From assembly GCA_052327205.1 (NCBI GenBank), contig CM126207.1:62310001-62374000 (forward strand): 64,000 nt of DNA. Reading direction: 5' to 3'. Shown here piece after piece: positions 36,860-51,304 of the stretch. Source of the DNA: Somniosus microcephalus. Its lineage: Eukaryota. The notes beneath the pieces were generated by a model. The model made no database searches. It was not told the DNA's origin and saw only the letters and a program-made list of their open reading frames with translations. The first letter of the stretch is position 1, and every line of letters starts with the position of its first letter. A program made the translations under genes and the position numbers.

Positions 36860-38574
36860 AATGTAATTGTGGGGATCGATTATTTGGCTGAAAGAATTTG
36901 ATAAGGGTGTAGGATACATTAAGTGGGTTGGGATAGTTGTGCTTATTAGGGATTTAAAAGATAGTGTGGAACATCTATGTGGGAATAAAAAAATTATAGT
37001 GTGGACCAGGTGTTTGGGTGGAAGAGGCACAGAGGAGAAGCAAATAGAACCGTGACTAATGGGAATTTTTTTTAATAAGCAGGAGGTAAAGGTATTTAAT
37101 AAAAGCGGCAACAGGAACGAGAAAAAATTAACCAGAACCGGGGCAGGAAATTTTAAAAAAATGCGATAAAGCTGCACTGAGGTGTTAAGAGCCGAGCCAT
37201 GTGACAACTGAAAGTCGTGGTGCCAGAAAAGAAAAGAAAGACACAAAAAGAGGAGGTTTAGCATGGGGCCAGATAATCAGGAAAAAAAGCCAAAAAGATG
37301 TTGAGACCTGGGACAGAACATAAAGAACTGGTGGGGGGGGGGGGGGGGGAAGGAGAGTGGAGGTTAAGTGAATTAAGAAAAAAAGGGGATTACTGGTAAT
37401 TCAAGGAACAAGCTGGGAACTAGGCAAACAAAGCTTTACCAGAGTTGGTATTCAGATGTTGCAGGGCAGAGCAAAGAGCAGGGCCCGGAAGTGGAACATT
37501 TTTTTTGGGGGGTGCATGAGCATGAATGGGGCTAGATGCCAAAAGAACTTCAAATGACGGTGGGAGCCAGGTCAGGGTTCGAGGTGTCAGTTGATAGGCT
37601 GTAAGGTCGAATGAGGAATGAAACTGGGATACACTGATGTTTTTCAGTGTTTTTTCTCTCTCGGATCCGAGGATGTGGGAGACTGGGGGTTGGGACTGAG
37701 TGCAGCAGTGCTTATCTATTGCCCAGAAACCTGCAATTACAGTATGGCGGGCAGATAGGATTTTGCCAATATAAAAAGTTAAGATGCAATTTTTCATTTT
37801 ATATCAACGTACCAAAGTTTATATAAAGTGTGACTCAAAAATAGTGACTCGAAGTAGGTTTAATGTGGACAAGTAGTGCGTCACTTAAAAATTTGTAGTG
37901 TGTGGTTTACTCAATAAATTCTTTATATTTCAATATTCAGTACAAGCTAGTCGATAGTGTGCCCTTTAATGATTTACTTGGCTACTTTTTGTTGAGCCCA
38001 AACTGTTAATTCAATGTTTTAAAGGTATTTTAAAAGTATGAGTTTGTCTGAGGTCTTTACTCAATCTAATTTTATTCAAACCACTCTGTAATCTGACTTT
38101 ATTTTACCATATAACACAACCTCTAAGAAAAGGATACCCTGATTTGCTATGATGAAATAATTATAAATAGAATGTTTTAAATCTGTATTTTGAAGCTTTT
38201 GAGAACGATTCGCCATTGTGATGGCTGTTTCAACAGGAGATCTTTCTCTCTATTGTTTCCACACCACAATCAAAGGAGAGTTTCTCAAAAGGTGAAACGT
38301 TTTTAACGAGGTGTATTTGACCCCTTGCGACCATCTCTTTGGAAGAGTAATAAAGACCTGTTCTGTTTACTATCTATAATTAGTGAAATGGAAATGAGTA
38401 TAGTTGTGGAAGCCAAACACAGTAGTAAGAAATTCTTCCATTATTATAACAGCAAGAAGGTTATCACAAAATAATTGAGATGCCTTATGGATGCAAAGAA
38501 GGTTGAAACTGGATAGTTTTTACAGCGCGGATAGTGCGTAATAAGTTGAAGTTCATATCAAATCACTTTGTGTT

Positions 38575-38756
38575 GATTGCATCTGTGAGGACTGCAACAG
38601 CGCACCCTGTGGAGGAGCAGGGTATCACTGACAGCAACCTCCGGATTTCCGCGTTAACTACGCATGTGCGGATGCCAGAAGTTGCTGTCAGTTTTACACA
38701 GTAATGATGTTGAAGGCTGACAATTTTGCCATCGTTACAACTGCAAATTCCGGGCC
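38575..38756 (+). mobile_element. MITE family B right-end fragment
   Basis: gaggactgcaacagcgcaccctgtggaggagcagggtatcactgacagcaac...gcaaattccgggcc aligns with 36698-36859. Confidence 0.8.
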
Positions 38757-39059
38757 ATAGACTTTGATATCACTTGTAACAATGTCCTAGACATTGTTCA
38801 AGGGTAGAAAACCAGTAAGCCCTCAGGAACAGGCAGCATATACCCGAAGAAACAAAGCGAGATTAGAGACAAAAGTTACCAAGTGCTGAAAGTTATGAGA
38901 CAATTGGTGAGTACAGGGGGAGATCTCACTGGTTTGGAAACGAGCCAGCTTGGCACCTATTTTCAAGAAAGATGATTAAAATAAATTAAGGTAACTACAG
39001 ACTCCTTAGTTTCACATTGGTAATTGGTTGAATAATGAAATTAATCATTAGAGGCAAAG

Positions 39060-39498
39060 TTGACCACCTCCTTGCCTGGCTCCAACTTCAATAAACTTTG
39101 CCTTGTCCAGTTGTATCCTGTCCCACACCAGGTCCCCCTTGCCCATCGCTCCTACACCCCTGTACTGTCTCCCAACACACTGAATTTGGAATCTTCGTCC
39201 TCATCTCAAATCACTATAATGCCTGGCCCCACCTCGCCCTACCTCTCCAGCTTTACAGCCTCTGGTCCTCCAACTTTCTGGTCATTCGTGGCAGAGCTTT
39301 CAGCCATCTCAGCCTTATTCCATGTAATCACCTCCATAAATCATTCTACCATTCTACTTCCCTTTCTTAGAACCCATCTCTTCCACCAAGCTTTTGGTTA
39401 CCTCTCTTTAAGTTTCCCTCTGTAGCTTGGTGTCTGTTTTTCCCCTTGCTAAAACACCCTGGGATGTTTCTCTGTTATAGATGCAAGTTGTTGTTGTT
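39060..39498 (+). mobile_element. L2 LINE 3' fragment, preceded by a short CR1-like fragment at ~38900-39058
   Basis: Ends with atagatgcaagttgttgttg, the reverse complement of the L2 tail at 41708-41735. Contains the cttccaccaagcttttgg block. Confidence 0.6.
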
Positions 39499-40349
39499 TT
39501 TGTCAAATGCCCAAATGGCATCATCCTCAGTACATCATACAAGAATGTTATGAACAGTGAGACTTTTGAATTTGAAGTTAAAAGCTTGAGAGCTACAGTC
39601 CTTTAAGAAATGTGAATAAAGCAGCTAATTTAAAGATTGTAATTTAATTTTATTAAAACAATTTTATTCTATTGAGGTCAAATAATTTGTATTGGTGTTT
39701 TTAAAAAAAAAAAAATAGAACGTCATAATATTTAGGAATGTGAAAAGTTAGATCCCAAAATAAAATTTATAGTTATATTATACTTGGCCTTGGATTTTGT
39801 GTCGTCTAGCCAAAGTCAGTAATGTGGGGGCATTCCAAAACACAAGAACTTACAGTACAGGCTGTGAATTGCATTGGAGCTTTTGGAGAAGCTTTTGGCT
39901 CCAATAGTGCATATTTTGTCCATACAGCAAGTTTCCATTTTCCTTCAGCTACACAAGCAAGCATGTGGCCGCATTCTTTCGTCAGTATATTTAGCGCTTA
40001 ATTTATTTTACAAAACTAAAACCAGACTTCAATGCAGATTTTTATGGTAGTATAATCCATACTTCAACTTAATAGTTAGAATTTTCTGTATTTCTCTATA
40101 TTGTAAAGATTTAGATTGTCTACTTTATTAGTGATTAACGTTGTGCTATCTAAATTCAGCCATTTAGCTGTACTATTTTCCCAAGTAAATACCTTTGAAT
40201 TTGTAAATGCTGTTCAGGTTGATGTAAATCCACAGAACTCAACACACTAAACTGTTAGAGACAAAACTTGGCATCCAATTAGGTTTTGGGCTTTATGTGC
40301 CATTTGGGGAAATGATTAAAAAGGGAAGTTCCAGTTTTATAATGTAAAC

Positions 40350-40530
40350 ATCGCCAATCCTTCATCGTTGCTGGGTCAAAATCCTGGAACTCCCTCCCTA
40401 ACAGCACTGAGGGAGTACCTTCACCACACGGACTGCAGCGGTTCAAGAAGGCGGCTCACCATCACCACCTTGAGGGCAATTGGGGATGGGCAATAAATGT
40501 GGGCCTTGCCAGTGACACCCATATCCTATA
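40350..40530 (+). mobile_element. LINE 3' end fragment, same family as 380-708
   Basis: Aligns by eye with ~525-700. Confidence 0.7.
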
Positions 40531-41707
40531 AACAAATTTTTTAAAAATGGGGGGGGGGAAGTCCCTAATTGTGAATAATACTAGAACACTTACCAAGCCA
40601 ACTAAGAGTTGCAGTGCGATTTATAGTAAGACTGAACTCCCAGTATGAGTTATAATTCCTTTCTTTGTGTAATTTTACAAGGGCAGATAACATGAAGACT
40701 CTGAGTCAAGTTATTTCAAAAGAAATGCTGATTTATTTTCAGTGCATATAACCTAGCCAGTTCTATAAATGTGGCATTCATTTATTAACGGTCGTTCATG
40801 CGTACTGGCATTAAAATGCAATTGTATATGAAATGCAATTAATCTTTTTCCTAGCTGAAAGAATTCAATTGCTAAAACTTGGTGGTACACTCCTAGTTAA
40901 AACAAGTGGTAGAAACTGTATTCTTGTAAGCGAGATTGAGCTATAGTTAGATGTGTATAGAACTTGGTGTACAAGATAAAACCTGAGCCAGTAATTAATG
41001 ATTGCTTAACTGGAGTTACTGTACACCTCCAACAGGATGTACAGGTAATCATTTCCAGCTTATCAATGGTAAATAGTGATCTACCGAGGAATACAATGGT
41101 CTAGATGAGCTTTTTGTGGACGATTTTGGAGATTTTGTGTAATAATTAGGAGTCAAAGACAATTTGCATAAATCAAGGCAGTGGGACGGAAGGATGAATG
41201 CAAACACCGCAGTTGGCTCTGACTTGCACGGATGGAATTAGTCTGGTGTGCAAAATTGCACATGGAATGAGCGACGTTGAGTTTTTCTAAAGCAATTAAT
41301 AACCATTTGTGTTTTCTTGTATAAAGTGTACTATTTTTTAACAAATCTACACAATTTAAAGGTGCAAAGCTTCATAAACTTTAGTTTTAACATTTTTATT
41401 AAAATAGTTGACTTATTGAAAACTGATTTCCACCCCCTCCCCCTTAATGTGCTTTCATGAAAAAAATTATTTTTTTCAGTGGAAGATCAGTACCTTAATT
41501 ATACATGATTCATGCAGAGTTGGCCCCGGACTCTGATTCTATGAAATGAAGAATAGTTCTAAACTGATGGCATAAATAGCTTGTAAGGAAGGTTCCAACA
41601 AAACTGTGGTGCTTTGAAGCTTTGTTCACTGAATGTGATTTTGAAGCTCATGTCTCCCGCTTGAATTAATGAATGTAAAATGTATTGTGTAGATCATTGA
41701 TAATCTA

Positions 41708-43135
41708 CAACAACAGCAAGTATTTATATAGCGCCTTTAACGTAGTAAAATGTCTCGAGGCGCATGACAGGAGTGTTTGAAGACAAAAATTTGACACCGA
41801 GCCACTTAAGGAGTGGCTTGGTCAAAGAGGTAGGTTTTAAGGAGTGTTTTAAAGGAGGATAGAGGCAGAGAGGTTTAGTGAGTGAGTTTCAGAGCTTGGG
41901 GCTTAGGCAGCTGAAGGCACGGCCACCGATGGTTGAGTGATTATAATCAGGGATGCTCAAGGGCAGAATTAGAGGATCGCAGATACCTCGGGAGGGTTGT
42001 AGGGCTGAAGGAGATTAGAGATTGGGAGGGGCGAGGCCATGGAAGGATTTGAAAACAAGGATGAGAATTTTGAAATCGAGGCGTTGCCTAACCGGGAGCC
42101 AATGTAGGTCAGCGAGCACAGGGGTGATGGGCGAACGGGACTTGGTGCGAGTTAGGACACTGGCAGCCGAGTTTTGGATAACCTCAAGTTTACATAAGGT
42201 AGAATGTGGGAGGCCAGCCAGGAGTGCGTTGGAATAGTCAAAAGTCTAGAGGTAACAAAGGCATGGATGAGGGTTTCAGCAGCAGATGAGCTGAGGCAAG
42301 GGTGGAGATGGGCAATGTTACGGAGATGGAAATAGGTGGTCTTAGTTATGCTGCGGATGTGTGGTCGGAAGCTCATTTCAGGGTCAAATATGACACCAAG
42401 GTTGCAAACAGTCTGGTTCAGCCTCAGACAGATGCTAAGGAGAGGGATGAAGTTGTTGGCTAGGGAACGGAGTTTGTGGTGGGGACCGAAGACGATGGCT
42501 TCGGTCTTCCCAATATTTAATTGGAGAAAATTTCTGCTCATCCAGAACTGGAAGTCGGACAAGTAGTCTGACAATTTAGAGACAGTGGAGGGGTCGTGAG
42601 AAGTGGTGGCGAGGTAGAGCTGGGTGTCGTCAGCGTACATGTGGAAACTGACTCTCTGTTTTTGGATGATGTCGCCAAGGGGCAGCATGTAGCTGAGAAT
42701 TAGGAGGGGGCCCAGGATAGATCCTTGGAGGAACTTTAAAGGTAACGATGCGGGAGCAGGAAGAGAAGCCGTTGCAGGTGATTTTCTGGCTGCGATTAGA
42801 TAGAAAAGAAGGAACCAGGCGAGTGCAGTCCCACCTGGCTGGATGACGGTGGAGACACATTGGAGGAGGATGGATGATCAGCCGTGTCAAAGGCTGCAGA
42901 CTGGTCTAGAAGGACGAGGATGGATAGTTTACCTTTGTCACAGTCACAGAGGATGTCATTTGTGACTTTGATAAGAGCCATTTTGGTACTGTGGCAGGGG
43001 TGGAAACCTGATTGGAGGGATTCAAATATGGAATTCCGGGAAAGATGTGCATGAATTTAGGAGGCAACAACACGTTCAAGGACTTTGGAGAGAAATGGAG
43101 GTTGGAGATGGGGCGGTAGTTTGCAAGGACAGAGG
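41708..43135 (-). mobile_element. L2-clade LINE, 5'-truncated, RT pseudogene
   Basis: ORFs ALIKVTNDILCDCDKGKLSILVLLDQSAAFDT and MLPLGDIIQKQRVSFHMYADDTQLY..FLQLNIGKTEAIVFG..AETLIHAFVTSRL. Frameshifts present; ends in a (TTG)n tail. Confidence 0.92.
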
Positions 43136-43884
43136 GGGTTAAGAGTTGTTTTTGATAACAAACTACCCTAATAATGAACTGTAATATTGTATCAAGCAGC
43201 TTTAATCAACACTGTCAACATACGTAAAAAATATTCCGATATTTCATAATTACAGTAGAATGTAGTGGTGTCTTTGGAAACTGCATGAGAAATTCTAGAG
43301 ATGTGATTTTAAAATTCAAGTTCTATTTAGAGCTTGTGTAATATCCTACAATTGCCATACGTAGTCATAGTATGCAGCATAAATTTGTCATTTAGCCCCC
43401 TGATAGCACTGAGCCAAAATTCATCTGTGTTCTGTTAGCTGATCTCTGCTATTAAATCACCGGCCTAGGGAGGGGTAAATTGGGCAAGATTGCTGTTCTT
43501 GACTGCTATTTAGTGAACCCTGTTTAAATGAGGATATAGGTGTTGGATAATGACTTGACTATGATGGCCCTGGCCTTTAAATAGCCCACCAATACTAACA
43601 TGAAGAATGACCACTTCATTGAGGTACCAGGCAGCTGCTGTTGCCTATAAAGCTGTACACAAGGAAGGGTGGGGATTTTTGTGTTCATTCAAAAGAATTG
43701 GTCATGTAGGAGTTAACAGGCAAAGCTGATAGCAAAATGAAAATGGATAGAAGGTAACTGCTCCCATTTACAGCAAGATCCAACTGTATCACAAAATCAT
43801 CCTTCTCACTAAATGTGTGATGTCATGAGGTAAATGGAGTTACAGCTGCAGGTACAAAGAAATACTTCGAATTTACGACACCAA

Positions 43885-44175
43885 ACATGCCATTCAGTCC
43901 AACCAGTTCGTGTCGACATTTACCCTCTACAAGTGCATATGTTCCTAACCACATTTAACCACCCTGTTCCCATATCCCTTAATCCTCTCTTCCTTCATTT
44001 CTCTATCCAATCTAATCTTAAATGTTGACACAGCTTCTGCCTCAACACTAACCCTAGAAGTGAATTCCACAGCCTCAACTCTGCAAAAGAAATTTATCAT
44101 ACTCTGTGTTCTAAATCTCTTATAATTAATCTCGCGTCTATGGTCCCTCGTATTGCTAGTGTCTTTGACAGCATT
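43885..44175 (-). mobile_element. CR1 3' end fragment
   Basis: ORF 43945-44226 contains VEAEAVSTFKIRLDREMKEERIKGYG, similar to the CR1 ORF2 C-terminus at 53606-53911. Confidence 0.75.
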
Positions 44176-44519
44176 TGTGGTAATAGCCACAATATTAATT
44201 TCTATCATTAAAGATCCAGTTCGCAAAGAAAATTAGTGTTCTTGCTCTAATTTTCGTGCTCTCACTATCACAGAGCAAAAACCGAGCTTAAAGCAGAAGA
44301 AAAGTCCAGGGAGTGTGCTCTAACCACCTATGCACTTACTGAAATCTTGACTACTAAAAACATAAGTGTCTGTAGGGTCCCCCCTCTAAAGTTGGTTGGG
44401 GGGGGGGTTGGCATGACTCATGAATAAAAAGTACTGCTAGTCTATTCTTCCTCTGTCCCTTGCACCCTCTCCCTCCCCTAAAGATATGGATTTATGCTGC
44501 AAAATGGTTAACATGCCAA

Positions 44520-46960
44520 CTGCTGTCATCTCCATCAATGTAGCCCCAAAACAGCGGCGGCAACAGAAACAATGCTGCAGGAAAACTAACGCTGGAGCAC
44601 TCAAAGACCCTGCTAAGAAAGCCCTATTCAGCCTGTGCCTCACAAACAACCTGACGACTCCCAGTGATGCAGAGACACAGAGTGCCCACAGCACCTGGCC
44701 TGCACTCAAGGCCTCCATAATCAGCACCCGTGAAGAGACGCTCGGTCACTCGACCAGGAAACACCAAAACTGGTTCGACGAGAACGACCAGGAGATCCAG
44801 GAGCTAATAAGTCGCAAGCGCAAAACATTCCTGATCTGGAAACAGCAACAGAACTCGAGAGCAAGAACGCAGCTCCACAGAAGCCTGAAGGCCAAGGTCT
44901 AACAAAAAACTCGCGACCTAAAGAACAGATGGTGGGTGGAGAAAGTGCAGGAGATCCAGCAGCTAGCCGACAACCAAGACGTGCGTGGATTTTTTAGCGC
45001 AGTCAAGACCATCTACGGCCCAAGGCCCTACCCCACTGCGGGCCAAGAACGGAGAGGTACTCATCAAGGACAGAGAGGCAGTCAGTGCCCGCTGGAAGGA
45101 GCACTTCGAAGATCGCCTTAACCGCGACTCTGTCTTTGACGCGAGTGTCCTCAACTCCATCCCACAGCATGATACCCGCCACCATCTCAGCACACCACCA
45201 GCCCGGCATGAGGTTGAAAAGGCCATCCGACAACTGAAGAACAACAAGGCCTCAGGAGCAGATGGAATCCCCGCCGAGGCACTAAAGCATAGCGGAGAAG
45301 CACTACTGGCGCGAATTCATGAACTAATTTCTCTTATCTGGAAGGAGGAGAGCATGCCAGGGGATCTGAGACGCTGTAATTGTGACCATCTTCAAGAAAG
45401 GTGACGAGTCCGATTGCAGTAATTACAGAGGAGTTTCCCTGCTGTCTGCCACAGGGGAAAGTCATCGCAAGAATCCTCCTCAATCGCCTCCTCCCAGAGT
45501 CACAATGTGGATTCCGTCCACTAAGGGGCACAATGGACATGATCTTCACCACACGTCAATTACAAGAGAAATGCAGGGAACAGCATCAACCGCTGTACAT
45601 GGCCTTCTTTGATCGCACAAAGGCCTACGACACTCAACCGTGAGGGATTATGGAGTGTCCTCCTCAAATTCGGCTGCCCTCAAAGATTTGTCACAATCCT
45701 CCGCCTGCTTCACGACGACATGCAAGCTGTGATCTTGACCAACGGTTCCACCACAGACCCAATTCACATACGAACTGGGGTCAAACAAGGCTGTCATATC
45801 GCACCAACGCTCTTCTCGATCTTCCTTGCTGCAATGCTCCATCTCACCCTGAGTAAGCTCCCCGCTGGAGTGGAGCTAATTTACAGAACAAACGGGAAAC
45901 TGTTCAACCACCGTCGCCTCCAGTCCAGATCCAAGGTCGTCCCATCCTCTGTCGTCGAATTACAGTATGCAGACGACGCTTGCGTCTGTGCTCACTCGGA
46001 GGTTGAATTCCAAACCATCGTCGGCACCTTCACCGAAGCGTACGAGAGCATAGGCCTTATACTAAACATCCGTAAGACAAAGGTCCTCTACCAACCTGCC
46101 CCCGCCACACAGTACTGCTCCCCGATTATCAAAATCCACGACAAGGCCTTGGACAATGTGGACTACTTTCTATACCTCGGGAGCCTACTGTTAACGAGGG
46201 CAGACGCCGACGACGAAGTCCAACACCGCCTTCAGTGTGCCAGTGCAGCCTTCGGTCGCCTGAGGAAGAGAGTGTTTGAAGGCCAGGACCTCAAACCTGG
46301 CACTAAGCTCATGGTCTACAGAGCAACAGTGATACCCGCCCTGCTATATGCCTCAGAGACATGGACCATGTGCAGCAGGCACCTCTAAGCACTGGCGAGG
46401 TACCACCAACGCTGCCTCCGCAAGATCCTGCAAATCAGTTGGCAGGATAGACGCATCAACGTCCATGTTCTTGCTCAGGCCAACATCGAATCTTTGATCA
46501 CGCTCAATCAGCTCCGATGGACGGGTCACATTGTCCGCATGCCCGATAACGAGACTCCCAAAACAAGCGCTCTACTTGGAGCTCCGGCACGGCAAGAGAG
46601 CCCCAGGTGGGCAGAGGAAACACTTTAAGGACACCCTCAAAGCCTCCTTGAAAAAGTGTAACATCCCCATCGACACCTGGGAATCCCTGGCCCAAGACCG
46701 CACAAAGTGAAGGAGAAGCATCTGGGAAGGCGCCGAACACCTCGAGTCTCTTTGCCGGGAGCAAGCGGAAGCCAAGCGCAAACAGCGGAAGGAGTGCATG
46801 TCAACCCAAGCACCCCACCTACCCGCCCCTTCTACCACCATCTACCTGACCTGTGACGGAGACTGTAGGTCCCGGATTGGACTCATCAGTCACCTGCGAA
46901 CTCCTTTTTAATGTGGAAGCAAGTCATTCTCTGTTCCGAGGGACTGCCTAAGAAGTAAGA
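44520..46960 (+). mobile_element. RTE-clade (BovB-like) LINE, 5'-truncated, frameshifted ORF
   Basis: NWFDENDQEI, RWKEHFE, KNNKASGADGIPAEALK, LLPESQCGFRPLRGTMDMIF, TGVKQGCHIAPTLF, LQYADD and YASETWT motifs across ORFs 44486-46388. The 3' end is cgagggactgcctaagaag. Confidence 0.92.
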
Positions 46961-47564
46961 GAAGGTACCTTGCCCAAGCGTAGGCCTAAACCGCAAGTGT
47001 TAACAGGACATTCGACCATGATGGAGTCACACCCAAGTTTGATCTTCCCGTTGGCTTCAGCTGACTTCTGCACATGCACTTGCCAGTAAGAATTACTATC
47101 TAATATACCCTGGCTGATTTCTTCCCTTCCATCCCATCAGCTAATTTGGCACAAAGCAGAGATCCAATCTGGGACCTTTCTGGCTTGTATTAAACTGAAC
47201 AAAAGTGTTCTGAGTGAATTATTTGCTGTATGCACCCTAGAGATATTCTCTTGCATATATTTTAAATTCAGTCTGAAAAGTATAAAACTTGAAACTTTGT
47301 TCATTCATCACTATATTGGATGTAACTATTACTTCTCTTCCCCCCCCCCCCCCCACAATGTGCCTAATGGGAGAGGAATTAGAAACATTGAAAGAAAGAT
47401 TCAGCCTGTTAAATGGAACAGTTCCAGTTCTGCCTAATTTGTGCTACTGCATCTTGTGCCACTAATGTTCCTCTCAACTTTTTCTACTTGGATTGTTGTA
47501 CAGGCTGCACATTCCACCCGCCTGCAGTAGCAATGCCACGGGCAGCCTGTCTCCTCTGCAAACA

Positions 47565-47910
47565 CTTCAGTGCAGCATTGAGGGACTACCGCATTGTTGG
47601 AGGTGCCGTCTTTCGGTTGAGGCGTTAAACTGAGGGTCTGCCTGCTCCTTGGTGGGTGTAAATGTTTCGATGGCGCTATTTGAAGAAGAGCAGTGGAGTG
47701 TTCCTGGTTTCTGGCCAACATTTTTCCCTCGGTCAAACACCAGCAGAAGCAGATTAACTGATCATTTATCTCATTTGCTGTTTGGGATCTTGCTGCAGCA
47801 AATTGGCTGCACTGTTTGCCTTGCATAGCAGTGACTACACTTGGCTGTGAGCCCTTTGGGACATTCTGTGCTCTTGAAATGTGCTATATGTATATGAATG
47901 CAAGTTCTTT
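47565..47910 (+). mobile_element. Deu-domain SINE with L2-type tail
   Basis: ggaggtgccgtctttcggttgaggcgttaaactgagg...gctatttgaagaagagcag...ctggccaacatt (Deu core); tail gtgctatat..gaatgcaagttctttc. Confidence 0.8.
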
Positions 47911-48285
47911 CATTCATCTGAAGTGCACAGCCTGATTATTCCAGCAAATTAAAACAATTGATTAGCAGTATATATTTAAATACTCAAAATTGAACCGAAA
48001 AAAGGAAGCTACAAAGACTTTCCACTAATGAACCAGAGAGTTCATCCATTATTGCAAGACATTATACAGTCTGTTTTGAGAAGATCAAAGTTATTGCTCC
48101 ATTCACTACTTTCTGCTCCAGATTGGAGAAACTGGACATGAACTGAGCAGTTATTGAAAAATTGTTTAGATTTTCATCATGTAATGGTTTCATTTATGTT
48201 TGATTTTATAGCTGTAACTATAATTGGAACTCTTATTCAAATAGCATTTCACTATTTCATCATAAACATTAAAAAAAGACTTTTC

Positions 48286-48492
48286 CCAAAACATGTGCGG
48301 GTTAGGTTGATTGGCTATGATAAATTGACCCTTAGTGTTTAGGGGGATTAAATACGTGGGGTTACGGGGATAGGGTGGGATATGTGTTGGTGTAGGGGTT
48401 ACGGGGATCGGGTGGGATATGTGTCGGTGCAGGCTCGATGGGCCGAAATGGCCTCTATCTGCACTGTGGGGTTTCTGTGATTTCTGTGATTT
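48286..48492 (+). mobile_element. 5'-truncated V-SINE, near-identical to 24227-24427
   Basis: Only a few differences over ~200 bp, and it shares the same internal 37-bp tandem duplication. Confidence 0.92.
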
Positions 48493-50266
48493 CTATTTTC
48501 TATCAACGTAGTTATTTAATTTTCTGGTATTAAAGCAAGCACACTTGACAGGCAATGGCACTAGTTTTGGTATTGTTTTTAACTCTGATTATTCAGAACT
48601 TGGGCTGCCAAATTAGTGCCATGAAAAGTGGGCTTATCTGAATTGATGTAATTTGTTACTCCTAACGGTTGTGAGTCACTTGTTCTGCTCTGGATTTAAA
48701 ATCCAAAGCTCAATAGGGAGCCTGAGACTTTTCCTTCATCACATTTTATATTGGGGAATAAAGGTCCGGTTCATCCAATTGAGCATGTGTAATTTCCCCT
48801 TCAGCAACTCTTGATGCATGTCAGTATTAACTGGCACAGACTTGGTGGCAAATTTGCAACTGGAATAAAAGTACTTAATAGGTGGACAACATGTTTGTAT
48901 CATCATTGTAAATGGAGAACCATTTGGAAAAATAGTAGGGGGGTGGGGGGAAACAAAAGAATAGTTTGTCTACTAGCAGAATAATTTGACACAAGGTTAT
49001 TAGGGTAACATTTGTACAGTACTACTTGATTTCTACATATCTCCAGGTTTGTTGAAAATAGCAGTTATAATTTAATCTTGTATTGTGACCTTGTATACCA
49101 ATTCAGAGCAAGAAAACACATGCACTAAAATGTAACTCTCTTGGTAGCAGCATAATGGAAAGACGACTTCACCTTTATTCTCGTCCAACTCTCTTTCTTC
49201 CCCCCCCCCCCCATTTCTGTTATTTTTTACTGTGTGGACATAAGTACCTGAATGTCCAGCAATTTGAAACACTTGGCTAGCACCAAACAAACTTAACTTG
49301 GGTGCTTCCAGACAAACTGGAATGAGTTCAAGTTTGAAAAGAGACCTGAAATAGTGGTTCTGCATGTTAAGGGAAATAGCTTGCTGCAATGATGCTGTGA
49401 TCTATTAAATGCGATAGTTAAATTAGAGATGAGGGAGTTCTTTATAGACTGAAATTGCTCTGTAGGATTTTCTTATTTAAACATCTAACCTTCTTAACTA
49501 GAATCTGAATGCATCTTTAGGGTCAGAAATTGCTACAGATTGCACATGATACTGAATTGATTGTGGTCACAAAAAATCTGTTTTCTCTCCATTCCTACTC
49601 TCTGACTACCTGCCACCTCTGTCCTGCTGCTATCTGTCCCTCGACAGACCCTCCAGCAGGTTTCTCTTTACTCTCCTTTCCCTCTGTAGACCTATATTTC
49701 AATGACCATAGATGTTATCTCTTACATTTATCGCCTTGAAAATAGCATTCTGTTCAAGAATCTGCTCTTTCATAATATTTTGCTGGTGAAAATTGAGCCA
49801 GTAACTATATCAGCTATAACAGTGTGTGCTCTTTAAGGGTTTTTTATTCATCTGTTTTGAATTTGTTTTTTCTCCCCTAACCCACACATTCCATGAACTA
49901 CTCCCTGGCTGACAGTGCACTTGCAGAGCTATAGATGTCCTTGAGTAACCTTTAATATTTTCAAAAGTACAGTGTGTGATTTCAACATATTGGCATAAAA
50001 ATGCAATACTTGTAGTTCACTGCTGCATCTAAAAAGATTTTAGTGTTCAGGCTTTTCCCCACCATTTTCTCTTGGGTTTACAGCTTGACTACAGCTTTTA
50101 TAAGAAGCCCTGTCCATATTCTCCAGCAGGTATGGGTTTACATGCCCACATTTAACAGTTAACCCCTAATTGCAGCTCATTGGAGAATATACAGAGTGTC
50201 TACTATCCTGTAACCTCTGAATATATGGAAAATAATATGGTACCAGATCAATGCATAAAAGATAAA

Positions 50267-51033
50267 GGCCCAGAAATTTGGGTCGGGGGCTTCCCGCGGG
50301 TGTAAGCCCCCAACCTGCACTTACCTTGCGCGGCGGCTGTTGTGCTGTGGGCCCCCGTGGAATTCCGATCCTGGGCCTGCTCCAACTGCCGGCGCGCAAT
50401 GCTTGCGTATCCCAGGGGCGCAGTTAGTTCGATGCGTCCCCTGGGATCACGTGGGCCATGGGGAGCCAATCGGAGCAGGGAATGCTTCATTCATAAGTTT
50501 GACAGGAAGGGCTGTCAAACTTGCAGTATTTATAAGCCCCAAAACATCACTAAATCTTCAAATACATTAAAAAAAAAAATCACTTTTTAAATAATAAACT
50601 ATAAATTACATGAAATAACTATTAAACTAATTTAAATTTTTGAAAAAAGTAATTTTATTTTCTAACAGAGCTAAAAATAAACTTACCTTTCTTTAAAGTA
50701 TTTAAAAATAATAAACCTGTGGAAAAAATGTTTTAATATTAATTAATTCGCCACTTACCTTGTAAAAAGCAGGCCTTGCGACTGCTTTTTATATGTGTAA
50801 CTTCTGGAGACCTTACCCTCCCGGGAAAACCTGCAACCAAAAAAAACGTAAGTTCGATGCGCACGCGCAGCCTCTCCTGCGCACGCGTTCGAACTCTGAA
50901 CCCCTTCTTTCAGGGGAACGGAAGTGCCGATTTCCCGCGCATGTGCAGTGCATGCAGGAAATCGGCACTTCCATTGGGCTTACGGGTGAGTACCCCGTGC
51001 GTACTCACCCGTGGAGACCCGAATTTCTGGGCC
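50267..51033 (+). mobile_element. MITE family A, copy 2
   Basis: TIRs ggcccagaaatttgggtc / gacccgaatttctgggcc. Internal hairpins are colinear with 27026-27731. Confidence 0.8.
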
Positions 51034-51304
51034 ATTACATCTTGGTCAGGCTTATTTACAGATATAGAATCAAAAAGACACAGCAAGGTCCAATATGTAA
51101 ACTCAATTGACTCTTTAAAACAGAAGAAACACAGTGCCAAATTCTCATTGTGTCTTAGCGAGATCTTAACTTTCATTTTACAGTAGATTGGTGTCAGTGT
51201 GGCGTTTGTGCCTCCAGTCCCTGAAGCATGGGTCTCACTCAGCTGGCAACATCCCCACTGTTCATTTCTCCCAGGGTTCTGGCTAACAGTTATGCCTCAA
51301 CCCC

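Noticed and set aside
36632-37264. 210-aa minus-strand ORF, the longest outside the recognised LINEs
   Set aside because: It spans a MITE end and a purine-rich low-complexity tract. The Leu/Phe/Ser/Pro-rich composition is what antisense GA-rich DNA produces, and no domain is recognisable.
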